DNA of 64,000 bases. Source: Entomortierella parvispora E1425 (Eukaryota > Fungi > Mortierellomycota). The stretch spans positions 1 to 64,000 of the forward strand of contig BQFW01000009.1 of the NCBI GenBank assembly GCA_020891255.1. The letters run 5' to 3'. A program made the translations under genes and the position numbers. The notes beneath the pieces were generated by a model. It ran no database searches. It saw only the letters and a program-made list of their open reading frames with translations, and was not told where the DNA came from. Shown piece by piece: positions 10,408 through 22,047 of this stretch. The first letter of the stretch is position 1. Every line of letters begins with the position of its first letter.

Positions 10408-10641
10408 ATGCCAAGCTCTCCCATATCCTGGGCGTTCCTTTACATTGCTGTCCTGTTCCTTGCCTTCTTGCCTCAGATGCCAAATGTTGCTCTTCCAGTG
10501 ACTACTTCTTGCCCCAAGGCCAAGCCACACCGCTTGTCTCGCCCTTATTCTTACAGGGTCTGTGTCCAGCAGGACAAGTCAGCTTGGACATTTGTCAACG
10601 TGTTTTGTTTTTTTGTTCTTTTTGTTCCCCTCTGCTGCTGA
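10408..10641 (+). CDS. Possible small secreted peptide (3' structure uncertain)
   Basis: TATAAAA at 10327, ATG at 10408, and a hydrophobic signal-like N-terminus WAFLYIAVLFLAFL..VA/LPV. Confidence 0.3.
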   Translation: MPSSPISWAFLYIAVLFLAFLPQMPNVALPVTTSCPKAKPHRLSRPYSYRVCVQQDKSAWTFVNVFCFFVLFVPLCC

Positions 10642-11559
10642 AGCTGAAGGCAAGTCGAGGACAAGCGGGTTTCCATTAAATCATTAATCCGACCATGAAC
10701 GAATGCTGAATTTACCTCAATAGCCTCTTCCTGCGCGCTCAACCATCGATCGCACCCTACCATTAGACATGTATCTGTGCTGCTTCCCTCAGTGATCCAG
10801 GGATTGAAGAGAAGGATACACACGACAAGGATTACTGAGCAGGCTATCCTCTCATTAGGCAAGAAAGATAGAGGCTACGACTGAGAGGTGCATCAAGAGA
10901 ACAACAATTATTTCTTTCGAGTTTCGTGGAACTTCCTAACTCCGGCGCCTTCCAAGTTTTTCGAAAATATAACCGCAAAACAGGATCGTGTATTTTCCCT
11001 TCCTCGCTGTCCTTGCCCTACTTGTGGCACTCGCCTGCCTCAATATGAAACGATCTTGATTTAGGCAGTGGTGCTCCAACAGAGAAAGAGGCCACGAAAT
11101 CTAGAAGAGGACAAAATAGAGGAACATTTGGGTTAGGCAGTCTATCAACAGAAGACTCTAGTCAGTCAGCCAGGCGGGATGGTCTATCGATTGATATCTA
11201 TCGCGGTAGTCCATGAAGCGGGATTCAAGTATGTAGAGGGGAGCGAGGAAGACAAAGGTCGATGCTGAACCCACAAAAAAAAAAGCGTGCAGGTCCAGGC
11301 AGGCATGGTCTCTTTATTTCCCTGCAGAGTAGGAAATAACGACAGCAGCTCGCACCAAGCTGATGCTTCTGATGCCTCTTTCCGTCTCCCTCCAACACGC
11401 ATCGGAGGCCCACACATCGTCCTCTTGGTCCTCCTTCTTCCACGCCATTCCCGTCTCGACGCTGTTTCCTAGCTCCTACTTTTCTCGTCTCGAGCCTCCA
11501 TTCCAATTTCCCCCTTGCGGCGCTTGCGTTGTTTCTTCATCTCAAGAGACGCGCGCAAC

Positions 11560-13620
11560 TTGTTGCTTTGTTTCGTGGAAAGCCAGCCATCCCTGTCGAA
11601 ACGCACTCTGCCATTACAATTGGACCCTCAATGTTTCAATCATTTTGTCAAGAAAATCAACAGACTTGCAAGCCTCGAACACATATACCCACATATGCCC
11701 TTGCTCTGGTACCTCTCCAATCCTGATGCCAATCAGGGCTCAATCAATCAAAAAAAAAAAAAAAAAAAAACAACGCCCTTGGAGTGAAGACCAAGCTGAG
11801 CAAACAGACGAATGTTTCCCGAGAATCTCGACTCCATTGCCCAAGGACCACCATCAGGTAATGTCTGCATTTTTCGTTAATACTGCGAAAACTCTTGTAC
11901 ATGCGCTCATATATACTACTCTTGCTTCTAGGCGTAATGGTTGGGTATCAGTGCGTCAACGTAACCGTGGCAGCAGCGCTCAGTCCAATGTCCGTACTCC
12001 AGTATCTGCCCTTCTCTCTCCAAGGTCTCCCAGCTTCCCCTTCTATATACTCAGATGTATCTGGTAAGACAATTGCGCGTGTCCTTCTTAGGTGCACCTA
12101 TTACCGTTTACTCATCTCTTCAAAATAGTTGCATATTGACTACCATAGCAACAGGAGTTATTGCGTGGGGCGGGATCTCTGGGGCAGGATCTCTGAAGCA
12201 GGGAAGCGCGGACAAGTGATGGCTCAAGAGGCTCCATCGCCACTGTTTTAGGCTTGCCAAACTCTGCACATTCTAGAACTCAAGAAGAGGTGCGGATGAC
12301 ATCCTGACCAACTCTCTGTGGGACCATCAACGTCCCGAGATGCAGCCGAAAATATGAGGCCTTTACGTCAAAGCCAGTAAGAAGGATCCCGGATTGAACG
12401 ACATGCTCGCCGTTATACGTGCCTTGAAAGATACCCCAAACATCTGTTCAAAGAAGAACAGACAACAAATCGCAGACCGCGTGCGAGATTGGACTTTCGT
12501 ATTTGCGGGTTTTGATTCTGCAGTGCAGAGTGCGCATTCACCGGACTCTCGTGCGGAAGGCGGACATTCCTGCGCAGCACCAGCCTTCCTGTATGTGTTT
12601 GAGGGCCTTTTCAAGGATGTCAGACTGGCGGCTCACGATTTCCGATTCGTGGATGGAACCTCAATATCACCAACCCTGTGCGTGGACTTGCATGAAAGAG
12701 ACACTAGGCGACTTCCTAAATATGCACCACGGGCTGGCCCCGTTTATTTTGATTATGGATGATGTTCAAGTGCTGGGAAGGCTCCCGATGGACTGCCTCT
12801 CAACTTTGACCATACAGCCGTTCAGCCCATATTGGTTGAACTCCACCATTCCAGCTCGCGAGAAGGACCTAATGGCTCTTCATTAGGTACCAAATTTTCA
12901 GAAAATGAACTTGAGACTGCAAAGACCGCCAGTATGGTTTGCTGACTTTCTGGATGCACGAATAGCAAAATATGTCAGATCAGGATCGACCACAGGACTT
13001 TGGAGCAAGGGCTCGGCTCGCCAGTCTTCTTCATCAGAATGTGGTCGAAAGGCTCTATTGCGACTTGCGTCGCCTATTCCGCCAGTCGTATACATTTTGA
13101 AAACTTGCCTTGAAACAACGATCCGACAACGTGGATGAAGCGAGCGCCTCAACAACTTTGTAAGTTTGTATATCGAATGATAGCCATACATGACAAGGAA
13201 CTCATCCACGATGACCTCTGTGCCAAACTCGTCGGTCTCCCTCGACCGATTCCAATGTATGAAGGACATATTAGCTTTTATCATTCAGGGCGGGCTCTGG
13301 ACGTATAAGTAAGGGCTCCTGGAGTAGGTGGCGGTTGCATTTGACCTGATTCGAGGATGCATGGACTCAGGCTACTCAGTAAGTGATCCATGGGTGGTCA
13401 TACTCATGGTAGCAGACCTTTTTTTTTTTTTTTTTTGGAGAACGGATCCTGAGTACTTTCGGTTTGGCACCAGCGTTACATACAAGCAACATATCCTCAG
13501 GAAGCTGCTCGTAGGAGGAATCGGGAATTCATTGTACCTGCAAACTTGAAAGGGATACTCCGTGACAAGGTCGTCTAAAAGGACATTTCCAACGGCGCGA
13601 TGCATCTACAAGAGATGCCC
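11560..13620 (+). pseudogene. Degraded Crinkler gene (Ubl header remnant + NTPase remnant resembling CRN3)
   Basis: Header-like LLCFVESQ..LPLQLDP..LLWYLSNP..SIAQGPPSG ends at a CAG|GTAATG donor (11858). Downstream fragments FILIMDDVQVLG, SDPWVVILMVADLF..DP and NREFIVPANLK match CRN3 segments LLVVDEAQNLG, DEPFALRAAVNYF..DP and HQWEMAVQPSL. Multiple stops and frameshifts. Confidence 0.55.
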
Positions 13621-13779
13621 CTACGCCAATCAGACATCATTGGATATGGAAGCACAATACGGGACCCCAGGCACTAAGTCGTGAGCTTGGGACAGCTTCT
13701 GGATATTCATTTTTTCTGTCATGATTTCGGGAAAAATGGAGCTATTGCGCAGTTGCTCTCTCCTAAGGTATGTAGGTCT

Positions 13780-14810
13780 CATCACACGCGCGTCCCTGCT
13801 GGGTGAGCTGATTCTGAGTTAAGCAGCGGTACCATAATCATCAAAGGAAGGGATGGAGGTACGTTTGGGTGTTCGGTAGCAGCGATTCAGTAGAGGGAAC
13901 CTGCTGAAGGTGGATGAGTGCTGGGGCCATGTCTGCCTTGCCACCTTGCCCTTCCGCGGCCAGAAGACTATTCCACCAAATGTGCCAGCATTGCTCCACC
14001 AAGGTGCCTTGTGGACTTGAGTTGAGCTTTTGACTGCCAGGATCCTTTTTGGTGTGATCCGTCTTGCCGCCAAAAAAAATCTGTCAAGCCGAGCCGCTGC
14101 ATGTCGTTGCATGTTGTTGCATCTCGACTTCATCCCAGCCCTTCCGTTCAAGCTGATTCTCTTTGGTCGGCCCCCTCTCGCTCGCTCAGCCTAAAACCCA
14201 CTTGTGGATAGTGGTCCTTAGGCGTGGGGTGGACTTTGTTACCGTTGTTCCAGTCGTCTCCCATGGTTGCTGGCTGCATCCCATCCAGGAAGCCCACGCC
14301 TTGGCACTTCAGTTCCATTCTGGAACCCTGCGTCAAGTTGAACTGCTCGATCCCCTCCAATTCGTTCCAGGACTAGGGAGGGAGTCTCTTGCAACTCGCC
14401 CTCCTGTGGGTCTTGAGTCCAGGAGGCGAGCGGTGGCCCTGTTGCTACCTGCGTCCTATTCCGCCAAGCTCTTTTGCATGTCGCTTCCTGTCAACTTCCT
14501 GTTCCTGGGTTGGCCCACTATTAATTAGGCCTGTTGCAGGTGTGTGATGTATCCGAGATGAAGCCAATGTTGAATCGGATAGAAGTCGAATGGAATAAAA
14601 GTCGATGCCAGTCGACATATTATTATTTGAATATTTGAGGACACCTGCTGCTGTGGACTCAAGCTACAGGGCGTGAAAGCCATATTTTTTACATGCGCTT
14701 GAACCAATCTGTAGAAAACAACCGCTGTGGGAAATCCTCGACATGCGCTAAGAGCCAATAATCTGCAGAAAAGACCGCTGTGGGAGACCCTGGATGCACG
14801 GTGTGAAAGA
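13780..14810 (+). repeat. ~1-kb dispersed duplication, copy 1 (copy 2 at ~38746-39671)
   Basis: Long near-identical stretches, e.g. GGGTGAGCTGATTCTGAGTTAAGCAGCGGTACC, differing by substitutions and indels. No TSD or convincing protein found. Confidence 0.92.
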
Positions 14811-16221
14811 CAATTTTTTACATGCGCTAGAACCAATCTCTGGGTTCCTGATGGCATCAACAGATAGCTGCAACTGAGGACTATTATGAGCCAAGGTACC
14901 AGGGTCCCAGGACCTGACCTTGCCACCGAAAAAGTGCTCCAAATGACCCTAAAAACATCAGTCGACCCCACGCCACCACCTTTGCAGGGGTTTAGCACAG
15001 GGGCCCCCCTTTGATGTCATGACCGGATTGGGTTCCGGCTCAGTGTGGAGCAGGAGCAAAAGCTAAGGCCGGCTATATTTATCTGGGCTATATTTTGTCA
15101 CGGGCGCAGCTCGCACAGGAAAGTCGGAGTGTTGAAGGAGCTGTGTCGTCAATCCTCGTGCACAACAGACAAGGGACAAGTGACAGCGGCTGAGACCGAC
15201 AACATTTGCGACAAAAAGATGACAGATCCTTTTTTTTTTGGCGGTAGCCGCTGCAAAGTGCGCATCCCAAGATCAGATCACCCCTCCCCTGGAAGTGGAC
15301 ATGCACAACCTGTGGTGAAGCAGGCAGGGCTGCTACGAAGGGAGGAGAGGGAAGAGAGAGAAGAGGAGCACGGACAAAATCAGGACTCAGGGCAATCTGC
15401 AGCAGGAGGGAAAACAAGGACAGAGACATGGGCAAGGCCTGTTCTTTTTTCTTCTTCCTCGACCGTTCCATCTCATCTCCTGCCTCGCTCTTCCATCTCC
15501 TGCCTCGCTCTTCCATCTTGCAACCTGCATCCATGCCATGCGCTTGCCTTCCATTGCCCTTGCGCCGTTCATCTTGTCGTCTCCATCTTTCTCGACTCTT
15601 ACATCCTCTCCGTCGTAAAATATCTGTTTTTTTGCCCTTGTTCAATTTCATGGGCTGGTTCATCGGGCCAATAATGGACTGCAGGCGCGACGACGATTGG
15701 CCGACTTGGTCACGTGACTTTATCTCAATAAGTTAGTCTATTATTATTGTGACTACCAGGTAGAAATGACCAAGAGAAAATTTATTAATATGGCGCTCAG
15801 TTGTTTTTGACAAGGCAGGAAGCAGATTTGACCTGAGAATACTTACATAGTAAAACTGATTTAATAATTTTCAAGTTCCTCTGCATGGGGCGTACGAACT
15901 CAATGTTATTCATAGTAGACTTATATTCTTTGAGCCCGATGTTTGTGTGAGCCTCAAAATGTTTTTCAACTGCAAAATAAATGAGAAACCTGCAGTGGAG
16001 CCATATAAAATTGGAAATCGCTCTGTAACATTACAAAAAATGATCAAATCCTGGCACAAAATCGTTTTTCTCGTATAAAAAGAGGCAAATCTGCCTATGA
16101 ACTATACCCTCTTTTTTGCCCCATTCTTGCTCCAAACTACCCCTTACACCTGTCCAACTGCCTTAAACCCCCCCCCCCCCCCCCTTCCCCCTTACTGATC
16201 AGTGTGTGACCAGTTACTTCA

Positions 16222-18236
16222 ATGGCCACTGGATCTCCTCCATCAGATGATGAGGATGCAGTTGTCCGCCAATTTGCGACAGAGCAAGCGCTGGCCAAGG
16301 CAGACGAAATCACCGAGAAGTACCGCTTTGCTTCCCGTACCTCTACCAATTACAAGGGTCACATCAAACGAGGCAAGAAGTACTTGATTGAGAAATCCCT
16401 GGAGCACAAGAAGGAATACGATGGAGCCTTTGACAAGATAGGAGAGAATACCCCTAAAGCGCTCCTAGCCTTCACGATCTATCAATGCGACGTCAAGGGG
16501 TTTGGATACGCCACGGCGGAGGGTATTAGAAGTGCTTTTAAGGACTACTTCCAGCGGGAGCTCCAGTGCCAGGGTGAATTCTGGCGAGAGGAGGGGAATC
16601 GTTGGTTTGGCAATCCAGTCTATGAACAGCGTTTCTCCGATTTTATGAAGGCGCGAAAGAAAAAGGGAGGCCGTGAAGGAACAGTCAGGCAGTCAGTCCC
16701 CATGCTTTACGATGACATTTCCGTGTTGATGGCTCACCTGCGAAAGCCTGAGACGATCAGCAAACATGGAGAAGGCCTGTGCTTGTTCTTCGAAGCATTT
16801 GCAGCAACGGCTTTTACTCTATGGACAAGGTACTCATTCTTGATCGCGTTTGACGCGTTCGACGCGTTCGACGCCTTATTTCGCAAGGTGTCTCCATGGT
16901 GGATATTACTTACATACTGACTACTTCTCCCAATAGGAACGAGGAACTAGTGAGACTCCGGATGGAGCATGTTCAAAGGTTGCCTACACATACAAAAATA
17001 ACTTTGCTCTACCGCAAAACAAACCAGGATGATCAGGACAAGGGTACAACTTCGAACTGCATGTATCTCTCTCTTAGCATGCCAGCCCATTTATTTACTG
17101 ACATCTCCCTGAACTATTTGCTATCTAGCTCACGTCTATGATATCTATCCTCAACCTAGCGAGCCTGATGGCTGCTGTTTCACCAAGTTGAATGCCTGGC
17201 TTGACTGGGTCGCGAAGAGTGGAGGCAGTATTAAGGATGGTGATGATTTGGTTTTCCCATCCATCTCAACCGACGGGCGCATAGCGATCAAGGGCACCGT
17301 CATCAGTCAGCCAACCATTCAAAAGATGTTGGAAGTATTTACTAGAGAAGCGAACGTTCTAAGGGGTAGAAGCGGGAAGTTTACGACTCATTGCTTCAGA
17401 AGAGGAGGTGCGCAACACCGATTCATGTTCGCCAAGGAGAAGTGGTCGCTCAAGGCAGTTAAGTGGTGGGGCGGTTGGGGCGAAAGCGATAGAACAGGAA
17501 CTATTATACGATATCTTCTTGATGAAGCCTCCAGATATGAGGCTGGATTCGGTGACATGCTTGCTCCAACTAGAGACGACACCAGGCACACCCTGTTCTT
17601 GGGTGCTGAGGGATCTGGAGCAAAGGAATCGATCTCTCGCCATTCTATGCACATGGATCTATCCGCTTTGGAGGTGAAGCTCAACAGAAGCATCGACCAG
17701 AAGAATGACTTGATAGTTAGGAAACTCAAGGCGGAACTTGATCAAATGAGAGGGGCATTCCAAGATCTAGCGGGATTCATCGTGCAAGAACTTGGCAAGA
17801 CTATCATCAATCTCCACGGTTCAGGATCCATACCAACATACCAGATCCAATCAGTTCCTTCGACCCAGCCTTCAGTGACCGCTACCACTACCCCTCCCTC
17901 TGCTTCTATCGCGCCCAAGATACCCAAGATCAAGACCTGGAAAGAAGCTGTCATCCAGTGGGAGCACGGTGATCCCAGACGAGGTCTTGTAAAGCCATTG
18001 AGCGAGTGGGACATGGAGATGCGGAACGCTAGCAGAGATGCATCTCTCTATTCACAGCGTAAGCTGATAGCAATGGAGTACATCTATCAGAACAGGAACG
18101 ATGCTAACATGACCAGGGCACACGGTAATGAATCCATCAAGAGTGTTATCAAGTCCATCCGTTCCGCCGAGAAGATTCGAAAGCAAAAGAAGAGAGAGTT
18201 ATTGAAAACCAAAGTAGATACGGTAGATCTGGGCAT

Positions 18237-18269
<33 letters not shown>

Positions 18270-18399
18270 GGAGGAGGAGGAAGAGGAAGAGGAGGAAGAG
18301 GAGGAAGAGGAGGAGGAGGAGGAGGAGGAGGAGGAACACGAGAAACACAAGAACAACGAGGTTCCCATGGTCCCACAGCGGAAGAGAAGGCGCCTCTAG
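16222..18399 (+). CDS. Crypton-like tyrosine recombinase, join(16222..16829,16937..17043,17129..18399), ~661 aa
   Basis: Catalytic pattern R (WTR|NEE, split by intron 1), K (RKTNQ), HxxR (HCFRRGGA), W (WWGGW), Y (IRYL). GNPV motif. C-terminal segment resembling GCR1_C (KTWKEAVIQWEHG..KPLSEW..YSQRKLI), a 33-Glu tract and PQRKRRRL NLS. Both introns are GT-AG and frame-preserving. Confidence 0.85.
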
Positions 18400-19416
18400 T
18401 AGGTATGATACTCGAGTCATAGTGTGCAAAAAAAAAAAAAAAAAAAAAGGTGCCACCGAAATAATTTTTGCTGAATTTCTTGTCAATCTGTGCTTACTTT
18501 CTCTCAGCAATTGTCCGATATGTTGAGGAGTCTCGAGATTCATATTGCTACACCAGATAGCATGGTCAATCGTTCATCGAGGGATGCCAACTAGAAGCGT
18601 CTACGGCCCAAGTTGGTCCTACAAGAGACGATATAAAACGTGATACAAAATTATGATATTTTTTTTTGAAAAGACAAGCGCACTTCATCTTGTTACTGAA
18701 CACGCAAAAAGGATACAAGGGTATCGATGTCGACATTTAATGATACAGTATTGGTTTATGTAGAGTATCCTTCAAGGAATTGGGGGTATCGTTGACTCTG
18801 GTCCCTCCACGGGCATCAAAAGTTGTGTGAAAACATGCTGTGATCTTCAGCAAAATCGAAATTTTTCGAATTTTCTTCAGTGACGGCCCAAAAAAAAAAA
18901 TCACAAGGCCGCGTCTTGGTGGCCTTCCTCCACGCTGTACGTCAACACCATGCACTTCAAACTTCAGGGTCATTTCCAAAAAGTACTTTCTGAACGATAA
19001 CTATAGAAAAAGTGTGCCTTTGTTTGAGAAAAAATGTAATGAAAGTGAGGAACTGCCAAAAAAAAAATTTAAAAAAAAATGAAAATTGTGAGGCATCTTC
19101 ACAGACTTATTCTTCAGTCATCAGGGGGTTTCTGAAAGCCTGACTACTGCGAGGGTTAGTATGGAGTATTCTGCGTATGATAGTGGGGTTCGGAATGGAT
19201 TACAGTGTGTAGTAGCTGTATTATGAAAGGAGTAAGCTATCACACCAATGTCAATGTTGATCAATTTTGGTTTTTTACTTTTCGATGGTCGATTGTTGGA
19301 TGCTTGCCTACCCGTTACATGGGAATTGTGCGTCAAAAAAAATTTGTGCGGGCTCTAATTATTTGTGCGGCATCTTTGATCACCGCAAGAAAAGGCCTAC
19401 ATAGTTGAGAGAGAAC

Positions 19417-19527
19417 TGCAATAGGAGTATCGAGGGTGGAGTGGAGACAAGAAGTGAGTTTTATTATATTGCAAGTTTCTAGCTTTTGTAGGTACACATC
19501 GCGTGATGTCACCGTATTCCTGTTACA
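19417..19527 (-). mobile_element. 111-bp LTR in inverted orientation
   Basis: Reverse complement of 21937-22047 with 1 mismatch; TG...CA termini. Confidence 0.9.
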
Positions 19528-22047
19528 TAACGCTCCTGCTTCGTTCTCCAATATGATGTTGCGAGTGCTCGATCCAGTCTTGGACAAATGGGTTGTCGTG
19601 TATCTCGACGATCTGTTGATCTACTCCAAGACAAAGAAAGAACACCTGCAGCATCTCCGAAGCGTCCTGGCTCTCCTCCGCAAGAATGGTCTGTACGCGA
19701 AATTGAGCAAGTGCTCCTTCATGCAAGACGAAACTGAATTTTTGGGCCACACCATCACCAAGGACGGGATCAAAACATCGGCCGGGCTCAGCAAAGCCAT
19801 CAGTGACTGGCCCACCCCCAAGAGCACAAAGGACGTCCAGCAATTTTTGGGGCTTGCGCAATTTTATCAACAGTACGTATCGGGCTTTGCAGGGATTGCC
19901 CTCCCTCTCTCTTCCCTCCTCGCCAACAACACTCCCTTCAAATGGACCGACGAACAACAATCTGCATTCCTTCAGCTCAAACGCGCCATCTGCTCCGCCC
20001 CCGTCCTCCGCATCTTCGACCCTGATCTCTCACCTTTGTCGAAACAGATGCATCCGGTTTCGCCATCGGTGCAGTGCTGCTGCAGACTGACCGGGAAGGG
20101 AATACCCATCCCATCGCATTCACTTCCAGGAAAAATGCAGTCAGCTGAGCGGAACTACCCTGTCCATGAGCAGGAACTGTTGGCTGTCATCCATGCGCTC
20201 CGCACTTGGCGCTACTACCTCGATGGAACCAAGTTCAGCGTCCACACCGACCACGCCACCCTCCGCCACTTCCCCCACACAGCCCAAACTCACTCGTCGA
20301 CAGGCTCGCTGGATGGAGTTGCTTCAGGAATACGACTTTGACTTCAAGTACAAGCGAGGAGTTGACAACATCGTCCCAGACGCTCTCTCCCGACGACCGG
20401 ACTACCGCGAGCCTGACCCTGTTGAGCTATACAACCTCAGCGTCTCCCTGTCCCCGGACGTCCGTGACCAGCTTGTCCAGGACTACAACGACGATCCTCG
20501 ACTTGGACCCATCTACAAGGATTGCCTGGATGGGAAGGTTGCCAATGGATATTCATTCCAGAACAACCTCCTCTACTTTACCCGACGTGGAGCAACCACC
20601 CTGGCCATCCCTCGGCACTCCCCGATCCGCCTCACTCTCTTGCACGACGCTCACGACTCTGCCACTGCTGGACACTTTGGTTTTCAAAAGACTTACGACA
20701 ACCTGCGCCGTTTCGTATATTGGCCCCACATCGCCAAGGATACCCAGCAGTATGTAGCAACCTGCGAGAAGTGTCAAAGGAACAAGGACTCACAGGATCG
20801 ACCAGCTGGACTCTTGCAACCGCTACCCATTCCTTCGCAACGTTGGGAGGTAGTCACCATGGACTTCATCGGCCCTCTTCCGCCCACAGCTAGAAATTTT
20901 GACGCCATCACAGTGTTTGTCGACAAGCTGACCAAGCAAGCTCACTTCGTCCCCAGTACTACCTCTGCCACAGCCGTCGACGTCGCCCACCAGTTTTTTG
21001 ACAACATCTTCAAGCTGCATGGCACACCAACATCCATCATCTCGGACCGCGACACTCGATTCACTAGTAGATTCTGGCAAGAGTTGCACAGGCTAATGGA
21101 TGTCAAACTTGCACTGTCAACCGCCTACCACCCACAGACGGATGGGCAGACAGAGGTTATGAACAAGACGCTGAAGACTATGTTGAGAGCGTTTATTGAC
21201 AACAAGCAGTCTAACTGGGACCAGCTCCTTCCGTCACTGGAATTCGCCTATAACAACGCTGTCAATGCATCCACGGGATACTCGCCGTTCTTCCTCAACT
21301 CTGGCCAGCACCCTCGTCTCCCCACCGCTCTCCTCGGTAAACCCAGCAGCTCAGTCCCCACTGTCGATACCTTCCTGACTGAGCAGGCGACCACCCTTGC
21401 CCTGGCCCAGGATGCTCTGCAGCGTGCTCAGGATCATCAGGAGCAACAGGCAAACAAGCGACGACGGGATCACAAGTACAAGGTTGGCGATAAGGTCCTG
21501 CTGCGTGCCACCAATATCACCATCCCTGCCGACAGTATCAGACCAGCCGATAAACTTCGACCTCAATTCCTTGGCCCGTTCACACTTTTGGAGCAACACT
21601 CACCTGTCACCTTCCGCGTCGAGCTGCCACCATTCTACAAAATCCATGACGTCTTCCACGTTGATACCTTTCGACCCTATTTGCCGTCCCCGGAGTCACT
21701 CGGCATTCGAGCTCCTGCCCCCGTGGATCCCACTGTAATTGACGGCGAAGAGGAGTATGAAGTGGACGAAATTTTAAAGTACCGCTTCTACCGCAGACAA
21801 CACCAGTTCCTAGTGTCATTCAAAGGCTACGGCAGAGAAGCTGACGAATGGCTCCCAGTAAGCAACTTGGACAACTGCATGGACTTGGTCACAACCTTCA
21901 AAGAGCAGCACGGTATCATTTTTTAAAAGGGGAAGGTGTAACAGGAATACGGTGACATCACGCGATGTGTACCTACAAAAGCTAGAAACTTGCAATATAA
22001 TAAAACTCACTTCTTATCTCCACTCCACCCTCGATACTCCTATTGCA
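19528..22047 (+). mobile_element. 3' half of a Ty3/Gypsy chromovirus: RT (from NAPASF), RNase H, integrase, chromodomain, PPT and 3' LTR
   Basis: YLDDLLIYS, ETDASGFAIGAVL, ELLAVIHAL, HDAHDS..GH..CEKC, MDFIGPL, SDRDTRF, DGQTEVMN, LGPF and EYEVDEIL chromodomain. PPT AAAAGGGGAAGG at 21925-21936, then LTR TGTAAC..TTGCA. Three apparent single-base frameshifts (~20026, ~20130, ~20275). Confidence 0.95.

Noticed and set aside
14947-14955. Interstitial CCCTAAAAA telomere unit
   Set aside because: A single 9-mer is expected by chance in this much sequence.
18087-18543. Poly-Ser, poly-Pro and poly-Leu ORFs on the minus strand
   Set aside because: Antisense shadows of the (GAR)33 poly-Glu tract.
19121-19416. 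Minus-strand frame with LINIDIG as the RuvC-I continuation of gene X
   Set aside because: It needs a frameshift in an A8 run, is followed by AT-rich non-coding DNA, and no RuvC-II/III or zinc-ribbon motifs follow.
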